A DNA stretch of 64,000 bases from Parabacteroides distasonis (GTDB lineage Bacteria; Bacillota_I; Bacilli_A; Acholeplasmatales; Anaeroplasmataceae), in assembly GCA_963623875.1 (NCBI GenBank), contig CAVFNL010000041.1, positions 14,205-78,204 on the forward strand, in the 5' to 3' direction. The notes beneath the pieces were generated by a model that had not been told where the DNA came from, made no database searches, and saw only the letters and a program-made list of their open reading frames with translations. Shown here in pieces: positions 1-8,665 of this stretch. Within the stretch, counting starts at the first letter, position 1. The number at the start of each line of letters is the position of its first letter. Made by a program: the position numbers and the translations under genes.

Positions 1-1
1 A

Positions 2-67
2 GAAACGTTTGATTTAGCAATTGACAAATATTATGAGAGATTAGAAGAGTTAACATTATATTACTAA
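2..67 (+). CDS. 3' end of an unidentified CDS cut by the window edge
   Basis: Open frame ...ETFDLAIDKYYERLEELTLYY ending at TAA 65-67, directly followed by a hairpin plus T-tract. Too short to name. Confidence 0.3.
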   Translation, partial: ETFDLAIDKYYERLEELTLYY

Positions 68-73
68 AAAAAT

Positions 74-105
74 AAAGAGAGATTAATTTTTCTCTTTTTC
101 TTTTT
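74..105 (+). terminator. rho-independent terminator
   Basis: AAAGAGA (74-80) pairs with TCTCTTT (91-97), followed by a T-rich run. Confidence 0.5.
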
Positions 106-212
106 GCTTTAAAATTAATGATGTGGTATATTAAAACTATATATATTTTGTAATAAATTTTAATACGATACTTTTAGTGTCGTTTTATATATAATAAATA
201 GGAGGAATTAAT

Positions 213-806
213 ATGAAAATTATAAAAAATTTATTAATATTTGGTTTAGGTTTTGGATGTGCTATTGCTTGGAAGAGTGGCTATTTAGACGGAGTTACAA
301 AAATGGGTTCTGAATTAATCTCTAAAATTGCCAACAAAAACAATGACGTTGAATCTAATACCAGCAACACTGAATCTTCACCCGAAGAATCAAACTCCAA
401 TAGTTCGAATTCTAGTGACACAAGTTCTAGCAATTCTAGCACTGATGCAACATATGATTATACACTTATTAGAGTAGTAGTCGAACCTCATTGGTATGAT
501 GATAGTTTCAGCATCAACAAGCAAAGATATTATTCTGAAAACTCAATAAAGGGTACATACAAAATGACAATGAGTGATTTAAAAAATTATACGATTGATT
601 ATAGAGAATACCCAACAGAGGACTCTCAATATTATAACTTTGTAGATTTAGGCTACACTTTCGAAGGATATGGCTTAGACGGTAATTATTATTCTTTAAT
701 AAATATTCCAGAGCAAAGCGTTGTAACAGACCACTCTAAAGCTACTATATTTTATCATGTGTATGTCACAAATCAAAACCTTAAATGGTATAACAACTTA
801 TCATAA
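213..806 (+). CDS. small exported/membrane-anchored protein of unknown function with Ser/Asn-rich linker
   Basis: AGGAGG SD 7 nt before the ATG. N-terminal hydrophobic segment (LLIFGLGFGCAIAW), low-complexity S/N/T/E linker, and a Tyr-rich C-terminal domain with a GYTFEGYG motif reminiscent of Listeria-Bacteroides (Flg_new) repeats. Confidence 0.6.
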   Translation: MKIIKNLLIFGLGFGCAIAWKSGYLDGVTKMGSELISKIANKNNDVESNTSNTESSPEESNSNSSNSSDTSSSNSSTDATYDYTLIRVVVEPHWYDDSFSINKQRYYSENSIKGTYKMTMSDLKNYTIDYREYPTEDSQYYNFVDLGYTFEGYGLDGNYYSLINIPEQSVVTDHSKATIFYHVYVTNQNLKWYNNLS

Positions 807-820
807 AGCAAATATAAATT

Positions 821-852
821 AAAGACTTGTTAATTCAAGTCTTTTTCTTTTT
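821..852 (+). terminator. rho-independent terminator
   Basis: AAAGACTTG (821-829) / CAAGTCTTT (836-844) stem, then TTCTTTTTT. Confidence 0.7.
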
Positions 853-861
853 TATACAAAT

Positions 862-886
862 AAAAAAAGTCCGAATTTAATCAGAC
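862..886 (-). terminator. terminator-like hairpin downstream of tRNA-Trp
   Basis: On the minus strand an imperfect hairpin GTCTGA..TCGGAC (869-886) is followed by T7 (A7 at 862-868 on plus). Confidence 0.4.
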
Positions 887-902
887 CTTTGCATTGACAA
901 AA

Positions 903-976
903 TGGCAGGGGCGGAAGGAATCGAACCCTCATCAAAAGTTTTGGAGACTCGTATGTTGCCATTGCACCACGCCCCT
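903..976 (-). tRNA. trnW: tRNA-Trp (anticodon CCA), CCA end encoded
   Basis: Reverse complement reads AGGGGCGTGGTGCAATGGCAACATACGAGTCTCCAAAACTTTTGATGAGGGTTCGATTCCTTCCGCCCCTGCCA. Acceptor AGGGGCG/CGCCCCT is perfect, T-arm is GAGGG-TTCGATT-CCTTC, anticodon loop is CTCCAAA. Closely resembles Bacillus tRNA-Trp. Confidence 0.93.
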
Positions 977-1023
977 ATTAGAGTATTGTTAACTTGAAAA
1001 CAATACGCTCAAGTGGTAAAATT

Positions 1024-1052
1024 ATTATATTCTTTAATGACGGTTTTTTCAA
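1024..1052 (-). promoter_or_regulatory. sigma-70-type promoter for tRNA-Trp
   Basis: Minus strand TTGAAA (1047-1052), 17 nt spacer, TATAAT (1024-1029). Confidence 0.6.
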
Positions 1053-1238
1053 CATAAAAATTAAAGAAAATAAATGATTTATTGTCTACATTTTGGGTTA
1101 ATTATCTTATAGTAGTTAACTGGTTAGTTCGGAATTGTTAAAATTTTGCTTGTAAAGTTCGAATGAAATTCCGATTGAGATTTTTCAACCCTCAAAAAAT
1201 GCCTTACCTAAAGGATTTTTTTAAGCCAATCAATCATA

Positions 1239-1276
1239 TTTGGAGACCCGCGTGCTACCATTGACACCATGCCCCT
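1239..1276 (-). pseudogene. truncated tRNA-Trp copy (positions 1-38 only: acceptor 5' strand, D-arm, 5' anticodon stem, CCA anticodon loop)
   Basis: Reverse complement AGGGGCATGGTGTCAATGGTAGCACGCGGGTCTCCAAAT aligns to the intact gene. By hand alignment about 30 of 38 positions match with one 1-nt indel. No matching 3' half was found in the window. Confidence 0.7.
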
Positions 1277-1293
1277 ATGTTTTCAACAAAATT

Positions 1294-1322
1294 AATATAT
1301 CATAGATATGAAACATTTTCAA
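1294..1322 (-). promoter_or_regulatory. promoter upstream of the tRNA-Trp fragment
   Basis: Minus strand TTGAAA (1317-1322), 17 nt spacer, TATATT (1294-1299). Same layout as the promoter of the intact gene. Confidence 0.5.
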
Positions 1323-1441
1323 GATTTAAAAAATTAAATATTCAATAAAAGAACTATAATTTTGTACATTTAATTTGAATTAGTATATATTTTTTACAAA
1401 TAAGAAAATATATGATATTCTATAATTAAGAGGTGATTACA

Positions 1442-4400
1442 ATGGATGCAGCATTAAGTATTTTACCGTGGATAACGACAGTAATTTTTGCGGTATGTTT
1501 TATAATTTGTATTGTAATGGGATTGTTAAGAGGTTTTAGAAAAAGTTTAATATTATTTATATTAACTTTGCTTTCATTAATAATTTCTTATGTGATATAT
1601 CTACTTGTCTTGAGAAAATCAATTTTTGATAAGTTAATTATTGACACATTTTGGGACCAAATTAAAAAAATAGTAGGCACATCTTCTAAGCCATCTAGAC
1701 TATCTGAAGTTTTATCTTTAATGATAAAGAAAAATATGAGTGAAGAAGTTCAAGTAAACTATTCATATTTTGAAAATGTTGTAGAAGCATTAGTTAATTC
1801 CATTTTAGGCTTGTTTTATATGACATTAACATTCTTGGTTTGGATTCTAACTTATATACTATTATACTTTGTAGTATATTTACCTTTTTTCCGTGAAGGA
1901 AAATATAAGAAAAAACTTAAAAAGAAATGTGAAAATGAATCTGACATAGAAGATATTAGAGATGAAAATGAAAATGCCGATGAAGATAATAAAAAGAATA
2001 AAGTATATAAAAGAAGAAGACTTTTAGGTGGTTTGGTTGGTAGTATCAAAGGAATATTAATGGGAGTAATTTTAACGTCTTTCTTTGTTACAATGTTTTA
2101 TATAGCATCGAATAACAAAACATATAAAATTAAAGATGATGATCAAATTGTTGTTCAATATGGTGAGAAAGAGAAAGATTTAGCAGAAGTATTTGAATAT
2201 TTATATGAATATGATAGAACAGGTGTAAATTTAGCACTAAATAGAATGGTAATTGATGGACAGCCTATAGGTGCTTATATCCCATCACTATTTTGTAATG
2301 GTAAAATCGTAATAAAAGAAGATAATATAAATACAAAAATATATCCTATTAAAGAATTGTCAAATATGATGGGGATATTTGAAGAAGGTATTATGCTTTT
2401 AAATGATTATGGTATTACTAGCGCAACAAGCGATGAAAAAACATTTACAAAACTTAAAACACAAATTTCAACTAATGATGAATTTGTTGATGCATTGTAT
2501 GAATATATAACATCAATACCATTAAAAACACCACTTTTTAAAACTTTAGGTAAAATAATTTCGCTTCATTTCTATGACATAATTGATAATGCAGGACATT
2601 CTAACAAATATCTAGATTGTATTTTTAGAGGAGACCATGCGATTACTATAAATGATATTGTAAATAAGAACGATATTAAGGTTGTCCTTAATATTGCATC
2701 TAAAGGAATTAATGCATACGATAATTATAAAGACACAAAAGATATTAAAGAAATGCTTATAAATCAAACACAAGTGGTAAAATCAATCGTTAATGAGACA
2801 CTAAATTTACACGTCTTTGAAAATGATTCTGATACAGTAAATGGACTTGTAGGTGATTTGCTTGAAATCGTGTGCGAAAATGTAAAAACTTTAAAAGGTA
2901 TATCGTTTGATGGAATTAAGTTTGTAGGAAAGTCAAATATCTTTAGTGAATTTACGAATACAGTATTTAAATTCTTAAATATAAGTCTTGTTGAATATTG
3001 TGATACGAATTTAGTATTTAATTATAAAAATATTAATTCTATTTTCAATGCCGAAGAAGATGAAACATCCGTATTTGATGATATTAAACAGTCTGAAATT
3101 TTAAGACGTATATCATCTTGTGTTCTTGAAAATAGCAATGTTGGGAATGGGAAGTTATATGTTCCATCAAGTTGTAAGGATGAGGATGGATATATTAAAT
3201 CGGATGAATTTGTTCAATTCTTTACATCAATTCAAAAAGTTATTGAATCGACAACATTCTCAAAAGACAAAGTATATTTATCGGATTTAGCATCTGATAT
3301 CGTACCAGAAATTATTGATTCAATATCTAGTAATAAAGAGATGCCTACATATGTAACATCATCAAAAGTGTTATCATCAATCGCATCTAACTATATATAT
3401 GATACTATTAAAGATACAGTCACTATACCTGATGAATTAGTGCTAACAGATGACGTAAGAGAACAAAATATTGATGCATGGGTTGGAAATGATGGAGAAT
3501 TATATCATTTGTTAAATGCGGCTATTTCATATGATGTTGGAAATATTATTACAAAGGGTGCTGAAGTAAATATAAATGATTTCCTTGATTCAAGCAAAAT
3601 GGAGAATGCATTAAATTCTAAAATAATTTATTATACAGTTTCAAAAGAAATTATTGATGCACAAAAAACAAATTCTCAAATTTCTATTCCACAAAATGCC
3701 TACGATGGAGAGCAAATTAGCAAAGAAGAAATTGTAAGTGTAATTGCGGCAGTAGAAGAGTTAGAGAAAAATATGGATAATAAAGATTTAGATGCACTAG
3801 ATCAAAATGTTATCCTTACATCAAGTATAGATACTAATATAATATTAAAATCTAATATAATATGGTATTCAGTATCTAAATCATTTATAGATTCCGGAGT
3901 TAAAACGCCTAATATAGCTTATGTGGATACAACTAGTGAAGAGAAATTCATTACGAAAGATGAAATTGATAATACAATAGAGGCATTAAAGAATTTAAGC
4001 CAAACAAATTTAGAAGAAATTGAAATTAATAGCAATGTATTCTTAACATTATCAGCTGAGGATTCTAAGATGAATACGATTTTAAAATCATATACTGCTT
4101 GGTATGAAATATCTACAAGATTCATTTCATGCATAAGTGAAGTTCCTCAAGATGTCAAAACTGATATATTAGATCAAATATTTATTACAAAAGATGAAAT
4201 AATAAATACTACAAAAGCATTAAAAGAATTTAATATCACTCAAATAGAAAACTATAGTATTAATGAAGAAAAGCTACTTCAAACTACAGATTATGATACG
4301 ATACTTAAATCTCACATTATTTGGTTTAAAGCAACCAAAGAGGTTATTTCTTCAAATGAATTTATAATTCTAGATTCCGCACTTGATTTATCAATTGGAG

Positions 4401-4957
4401 ATGTGTACATGAAATATAGTGAGATTTATAACATACTTACAATTAGTAGTAAATTTGGTGTTACAACATTTGAGATGACATCATTCTCGCCTGTTGAGAT
4501 TAAAGAAAAAAATCTAGAAAATACTATAGCTGAAACTATAACATTAAGAGCTACATTAACAGATATTATGTTATATAAAAATCATGATGGTATAATTTAT
4601 AGTGAATTATATATTACATCAAATAATACAGTGTATGAGAGCACAGATTTAAGATATGTTTATACTAAACTTGAAACTCTTAATATCATTTTAGGTTTAA
4701 GTGTGCTAGGAATTGAAAATTACAATAGCCGTTTGAACTATACCGTTGGGGATATAAAAGCATTAAGTGAAGCTGATAAAAATACAGCTTTAACATCAAA
4801 TACATTATATTTATATACTTCGAACTTATTTGCAAGCTATGAGGCATCGCATCCGGATTATTTCGAAACATGCAAAGTGTTAAATGGAAGCCTTGTGGTT
4901 GTTGATAACTATAACGTATTGATTAAGAGTAAGCTTTTAGAAATCTTAAATAGTTAA
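1442..4957 (+). CDS. giant membrane protein: CvpA-like N-terminal membrane domain fused to a ~950-aa repeat-containing extracytoplasmic region
   Basis: AAGAGGTGA SD then ATG 1442 (the ORF track starts at GTG 1433). N-terminus resembles CvpA (GLLRGFRKSLILFILTLLSLIISYVIY). Multiple TM segments and a Lys/Glu-rich loop, then a long soluble region with ILKSxIIWYxVSKxxI repeats. Confidence 0.8.
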   Translation: MDAALSILPWITTVIFAVCFIICIVMGLLRGFRKSLILFILTLLSLIISYVIYLLVLRKSIFDKLIIDTFWDQIKKIVGTSSKPSRLSEVLSLMIKKNMSEEVQVNYSYFENVVEALVNSILGLFYMTLTFLVWILTYILLYFVVYLPFFREGKYKKKLKKKCENESDIEDIRDENENADEDNKKNKVYKRRRLLGGLVGSIKGILMGVILTSFFVTMFYIASNNKTYKIKDDDQIVVQYGEKEKDLAEVFEYLYEYDRTGVNLALNRMVIDGQPIGAYIPSLFCNGKIVIKEDNINTKIYPIKELSNMMGIFEEGIMLLNDYGITSATSDEKTFTKLKTQISTNDEFVDALYEYITSIPLKTPLFKTLGKIISLHFYDIIDNAGHSNKYLDCIFRGDHAITINDIVNKNDIKVVLNIASKGINAYDNYKDTKDIKEMLINQTQVVKSIVNETLNLHVFENDSDTVNGLVGDLLEIVCENVKTLKGISFDGIKFVGKSNIFSEFTNTVFKFLNISLVEYCDTNLVFNYKNINSIFNAEEDETSVFDDIKQSEILRRISSCVLENSNVGNGKLYVPSSCKDEDGYIKSDEFVQFFTSIQKVIESTTFSKDKVYLSDLASDIVPEIIDSISSNKEMPTYVTSSKVLSSIASNYIYDTIKDTVTIPDELVLTDDVREQNIDAWVGNDGELYHLLNAAISYDVGNIITKGAEVNINDFLDSSKMENALNSKIIYYTVSKEIIDAQKTNSQISIPQNAYDGEQISKEEIVSVIAAVEELEKNMDNKDLDALDQNVILTSSIDTNIILKSNIIWYSVSKSFIDSGVKTPNIAYVDTTSEEKFITKDEIDNTIEALKNLSQTNLEEIEINSNVFLTLSAEDSKMNTILKSYTAWYEISTRFISCISEVPQDVKTDILDQIFITKDEIINTTKALKEFNITQIENYSINEEKLLQTTDYDTILKSHIIWFKATKEVISSNEFIILDSALDLSIGDVYMKYSEIYNILTISSKFGVTTFEMTSFSPVEIKEKNLENTIAETITLRATLTDIMLYKNHDGIIYSELYITSNNTVYESTDLRYVYTKLETLNIILGLSVLGIENYNSRLNYTVGDIKALSEADKNTALTSNTLYLYTSNLFASYEASHPDYFETCKVLNGSLVVVDNYNVLIKSKLLEILNS
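3560..4360 (+). repeat. four diverged ~75-80-aa coding repeats inside the giant protein
   Basis: Motifs SKIIYYTVSKEIIDAQ (about 3617), ILKSNIIWYSVSKSFIDSG (about 3842), ILKSYTAWYEISTRFISC (about 4079) and ILKSHIIWFKATKEVISS (about 4301). Most are preceded by I(T/S)K(D/E)EI..(A/T)..ALK segments. Spacing is about 221-237 nt. Confidence 0.65.
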
Positions 4958-4961
4958 TTAA

Positions 4962-4992
4962 AAGGCATTCTGGTTTTGCTAGAATGCTTTTT
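4962..4992 (+). terminator. rho-independent terminator
   Basis: GCATTCT (4965-4971) / AGAATGC (4981-4987) stem followed by TTTTT. Confidence 0.65.
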
Positions 4993-5008
4993 AAATGCCT
5001 ATAAAAAT

Positions 5009-5031
5009 AAAAAAACTCACAAAAAGTGAGT
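5009..5031 (-). terminator. terminator downstream of tRNA-His
   Basis: Hairpin ACTCAC-AAAA-AGTGAGT (5015-5031). The A-run 5009-5014 on plus gives a T-tract on the minus strand. Confidence 0.5.
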
Positions 5032-5049
5032 GTTATGTACTATATTACT

Positions 5050-5126
5050 TGGGGCGTACGACAGGAATCGAACCTGCGCATGTTGGTGCCACAAACCAAT
5101 GTGTTAACCACTTCACCACGTACGCC
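5050..5126 (-). tRNA. trnH: tRNA-His (anticodon GTG) with encoded G-1 and CCA
   Basis: Reverse complement GGCGTACGTGGTGAAGTGGTTAACACATTGGTTTGTGGCACCAACATGCGCAGGTTCGATTCCTGTCGTACGCCCCA. Anticodon stem TTGGT/ACCAA, loop TTGTGGC, and the extra 5' G typical of tRNA-His. Confidence 0.93.
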
Positions 5127-5142
5127 ATATCAAGCAATTTAG

Positions 5143-5171
5143 ATTATATATGAAAAATTATGATTTGTAAA
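5143..5171 (-). promoter_or_regulatory. promoter for tRNA-His
   Basis: Minus strand TTTACA (5166-5171), 17 nt spacer, TATAAT (5143-5148). Confidence 0.55.
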
Positions 5172-5259
5172 GTCATATTTTAAAGAAAATAATTTCTTGA
5201 ATAAAGTTTTTTTATGTAGTATTATTATATTGATTTTTTGTGAAAGGAAATTTATTGAA

Positions 5260-6342
5260 ATGTGGAAAAAAATAACTTATTATGCTTTAATGATAATATT
5301 TGGTTTTTTATTTATGACAATGGTTACATTTAGTGTAACAACTAATACAGAAACAAAATTTATTAAAAAGAGTATAAATAGTGGAGATTATACAAATGCA
5401 TTAAAGGTATATGCATCTTATTCAAATACTAATGCTATATACCAAAAATCAGCAGATAGTGATTCTAACTGTACTGTAAGAGTGTTTGAACTTGCTTATA
5501 GAAATGTTGATTCACCAAAATCAGATAAATATAATTATCTTGATATAGAATATGGAATCGCTCTTGAGAAATCAAGCCTTAATACATCAAATCCAAAGGC
5601 TGATGCGATGGGGGATGTATACAACAAAACAGGGTATGTTGTATATAATTCTAAAGGAGAATCATTTACTGTTTTTGGAAATGGGTATATTAATGGTAAT
5701 GTCACTAAAAAAGAAAACGCTTATGTAGTTCATGATGAAAATGGTGATACTACGTATATTGATGGAGAAAAGGTTGTAGAATATGGAACTATTGATCTAG
5801 TAAATCAATATATAGAAGATATTTATATGTTCTATGTACCATATGAACTTTTAGTTCAATATAGTGGATTTGAAAGTAATGATATTGCAAAAATTGAAAT
5901 AAGAGATCGTGATGGTAATGTATATACTACCCTAAATTTCGATTCTGTTTTATCTTATGATTCAGCATATTTAACTAAATTAAATGAAATGGTTAAAGTA
6001 TATAATGTGGCAATTGATGCAGATAATTATGATGAATATAATGCAATGTATGACACATGGCTTAGTGAATATAAGGCTATGGATGGAGCTAATACATACC
6101 TTACATCAGATGATTATGTAAACTGGCTACTATGGTTTAAAATTATTATTTCGCTTGTATTATATATAATTTTTGTTTTAGTCATCGGTGATATTTTAGT
6201 CGGAAAAAGAAGAATTATTATTATGTTCCAAAGCCTTGGAAAGAAAAATAATGGTGGCTCATTTACTAATAACACACCAATTAAGAAAAGTAGTGATGCG
6301 CCAGACTTAATGGATAATGTTAAAAAAGGGGATAAAAAGTAA
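5260..6342 (+). CDS. bitopic membrane protein of unknown function (N- and C-terminal TM segments, large external domain)
   Basis: ATG 5260 gives MWKKITYYALMIIFGFLFMTMVTFSV. The TTG 5197 start in the ORF track has no SD and overlaps the tRNA-His promoter. A second TM (WLLWFKIIISLVLYIIFVLVIG) lies near the C-terminus. The stop overlaps the galU start (TAATG). Confidence 0.7.
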   Translation: MWKKITYYALMIIFGFLFMTMVTFSVTTNTETKFIKKSINSGDYTNALKVYASYSNTNAIYQKSADSDSNCTVRVFELAYRNVDSPKSDKYNYLDIEYGIALEKSSLNTSNPKADAMGDVYNKTGYVVYNSKGESFTVFGNGYINGNVTKKENAYVVHDENGDTTYIDGEKVVEYGTIDLVNQYIEDIYMFYVPYELLVQYSGFESNDIAKIEIRDRDGNVYTTLNFDSVLSYDSAYLTKLNEMVKVYNVAIDADNYDEYNAMYDTWLSEYKAMDGANTYLTSDDYVNWLLWFKIIISLVLYIIFVLVIGDILVGKRRIIIMFQSLGKKNNGGSFTNNTPIKKSSDAPDLMDNVKKGDKK

Positions 6343-7214
6343 TGAAAAATATTAGAAAAGCAGTTATTCCAGCCGCTGGTTATGGAACAAGATTTTTGCC
6401 TGTTACAAAAGCAGTCGCAAAAGAAATGTTACCAATTATTGACACCCCAACAATAGAATTTATTGTTCGTGAAGCAATGGAATCAGGAATTGAAGACATA
6501 CTAATTGTTGTCTCTTCAAACAAAAATGCAATAATGGATTATTTTGATAACAATTTTGAACTTGAAAGTCAATTAAGATCAAAAGGTAAAACAAAAGAAT
6601 TAGAACAAATCTTAGAATTACCTAATAAAATAAATATTCATTTTATTCGTCAACATGAACAACTAGGACTTGGACATGCAGTACTTACAGCTAAAACTTT
6701 TATTGGTGATGAGCCTTTTGCGGTATTGCTAGGTGATGATGTTTATGTTGGTAATAAGAAGCCTGCATTAAAACAACTTATTGATGCGTACGATAAAACT
6801 GCATCATCAATTCTTGGAACACTTGAGGTATCAGATGAAGATGTTTCAAAATATGGTATATGTGATCCTAAGGAAGTAGTAGAAAAAGGACTTTCAAAAC
6901 TTAAAGGTGTTGTTGAAAAACCAAAACTTGAAAATGCACCTTCACATTCCGCAATAGGTGGAAGATATATTTTAGATCCTGCAATATTTAAATATCTTGA
7001 GACTCAAACAAGAGGAGCAGGAAATGAAATTCAACTTACAGACGCAATTTTAAGAATGATGGATGAAAAAGATGTATATTCATTAGACATTGACGGAAGA
7101 AGATATGATATAGGTTCTAAAATAGGATTTATTGAAGCTACAATTGACTTTGCTTTAAAACGTGATGATTTAAAAGATAAAGTATATTCGCTTCTTATAG
7201 ATAAAATAAAATAA
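6342..7214 (+). CDS. galU: UTP--glucose-1-phosphate uridylyltransferase
   Basis: N-terminal KAVIPAAGYGTRFLPVTKAVAKEMLPI signature plus LGLGHAV and VEKP motifs of GalU/GtaB. Confidence 0.93.
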   Translation: MKNIRKAVIPAAGYGTRFLPVTKAVAKEMLPIIDTPTIEFIVREAMESGIEDILIVVSSNKNAIMDYFDNNFELESQLRSKGKTKELEQILELPNKINIHFIRQHEQLGLGHAVLTAKTFIGDEPFAVLLGDDVYVGNKKPALKQLIDAYDKTASSILGTLEVSDEDVSKYGICDPKEVVEKGLSKLKGVVEKPKLENAPSHSAIGGRYILDPAIFKYLETQTRGAGNEIQLTDAILRMMDEKDVYSLDIDGRRYDIGSKIGFIEATIDFALKRDDLKDKVYSLLIDKIK

Positions 7215-7237
7215 TCGCTTATAAAAGCGATTTTTTT
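7213..7237. terminator. bidirectional terminator between galU and the MocR gene
   Basis: AATCGCTT (7213-7220) / AAGCGATT (7225-7232) stem, flanked by an A-run upstream and a T-run downstream. Confidence 0.7.
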
Positions 7238-8571
7238 ATTATATTTATTAAAGTATCAATGCCCTTTGGTATATCTATGATATTTATACCTGAATAACCT
7301 ATAATTATTCTATTATCTTTTAATTCATTCATAAAATAATCTTCCATTAAAGAAATATCTATTTTTTCTTTTTTGGCTAATTGTTTGAATTTTGTTTTAT
7401 CAAAATCATTGATACTTATAATTAATGATAAATATGAGTTCAGGTAATCTATTTTTATGAATTGATAATCTTCTAATAGGCTTATAATTAATTCCCTTTT
7501 TTGCTTATATAAGTTTTTATTCTTGTTTATATTTCTCGAATAAGATCCACTACTTATAAATTCTTTTAATATTAATTGATCAAGGGTTGATACAGTTGAA
7601 GAATAGAAGGAGTATTTTTCTTTGTATTTATATAAAAGTTTATTAGGTAATATCATATATGCAATTCTAAATGAAGGACTTAAAGACCTAGAATATGTTT
7701 GAAGTATGATTGTATTTTCTTTTGCTAAATCGTATAAAGATAATGATGTGTTAGATAAATATTTAAATTCTCCATCAAAATCATCTTCAATGATGTATCT
7801 ATCATTCAAAGCCCATGCGGCAATCTCCGTCTTTCGCTTCATGCTCATTTTTATACCTGTAGGAAATTGGTTTGATGGGGTTATATATATTATATCACTT
7901 TTGCATTTTGATATTTCAAAACCTTCAGTATCTAATGGTATAAGTTCGACATTTTTGTTGTTGTTTTTTAAAATTTTTAAAATCTTATCATATCCAGGAT
8001 TTTCTATTGCATAATCTTTAGAATCAATTATTTCTATAAGGTTTGTAAGTAAATATTCGATACCGGAACCTATTATTATATTATTTTCACAAACATTAAT
8101 TCCTTTTGTTTGATATAAATATTTCTTTATTTCTTGGCGTAATAAAATATTTCCAAATGGATCAGAACGTTTTAGCGTATCTTCATTATATATTATATTT
8201 TTTGAAATTTTGTTGAATGTATAATAAGGGAATATTGTTGAATCTATATTCTTTGTTGAAAAATCATATTGATATAGGATCTCATTAGAAAAATAAGAAG
8301 GAGTATCATTGTTATTTTTTATTTTCAAATTATAAGAAACAACAAAATAACCCTTTTTAGGATATGAAATAATGAATCCTTCGCTAATTAAAAGATCATA
8401 TGCTTGCATAACTGTATTTAACGATATATTTAAGTAATCTGCCATCATGCGCTTAGATGGAAGTTTTTCGTTTGGTGGTAATTGTCCAGATGTTATTGCG
8501 TTTTTTATATAGTTATATAACTCTATATATTTAGCTTCTTTGTTTGAAAAATTTATACTAAGTTGTCTCAT
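7219..8571 (-). CDS. MocR/GabR/PdxR-family regulator (GntR-type wHTH fused to a fold-type I aminotransferase-like domain)
   Basis: N-terminus YIELYNYIKNAITSGQLPPNEKLPSKRMMADYLNISLNTVMQAYDLLISEGFIISYPKKGYFV is a GntR HTH. The ~350-aa C-terminal part has aminotransferase-like length and motifs (ENPGY, YITPSNQFPTG, SRSLSPSFRIAY). Confidence 0.85.
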   Translation of the reverse strand: MRQLSINFSNKEAKYIELYNYIKNAITSGQLPPNEKLPSKRMMADYLNISLNTVMQAYDLLISEGFIISYPKKGYFVVSYNLKIKNNNDTPSYFSNEILYQYDFSTKNIDSTIFPYYTFNKISKNIIYNEDTLKRSDPFGNILLRQEIKKYLYQTKGINVCENNIIIGSGIEYLLTNLIEIIDSKDYAIENPGYDKILKILKNNNKNVELIPLDTEGFEISKCKSDIIYITPSNQFPTGIKMSMKRKTEIAAWALNDRYIIEDDFDGEFKYLSNTSLSLYDLAKENTIILQTYSRSLSPSFRIAYMILPNKLLYKYKEKYSFYSSTVSTLDQLILKEFISSGSYSRNINKNKNLYKQKRELIISLLEDYQFIKIDYLNSYLSLIISINDFDKTKFKQLAKKEKIDISLMEDYFMNELKDNRIIIGYSGINIIDIPKGIDTLINIIKKSLL

Positions 8572-8580
8572 TAAATCACC

Positions 8581-8610
8581 TGGTCCTATAAAATATATTT
8601 AATCTGGTAC
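8581..8610. promoter_or_regulatory. candidate MocR operator: direct repeat TGGTCC-N18-TGGTAC
   Basis: TGGTCC 8581-8586 and TGGTAC 8605-8610. Read on the mocR strand they are GTACCA ... GGACCA, which resembles the direct ATACCA-type half-sites used by GabR-like regulators. The pair lies in the divergent intergenic region. Confidence 0.3.
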
Positions 8611-8665
8611 TTAAAATAGTATCAGTTTGACTGTATTATATCATACATAAAGGAGGTTTGTTAAT

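Noticed and set aside
903-1276. Possibility that the tRNA-Trp 5' half at 1239-1276 and some downstream sequence form one tRNA gene split by a group I intron in the anticodon loop.
   Set aside because: No 3' half complementary to the fragment's acceptor strand (no AGGGGCA on the plus strand) and no matching T-arm exists between 977 and 1238. The intact gene at 903-976 has its own acceptor pairing and its own promoter at 1024-1052.
806-1432. The tRNA fragment as an att-site scar of an integrated mobile element.
   Set aside because: Integrases that target tRNA genes duplicate the 3' portion of the tRNA, whereas this is the 5' portion. It is also diverged rather than identical, and no integrase, excisionase or foreign gene block is nearby.
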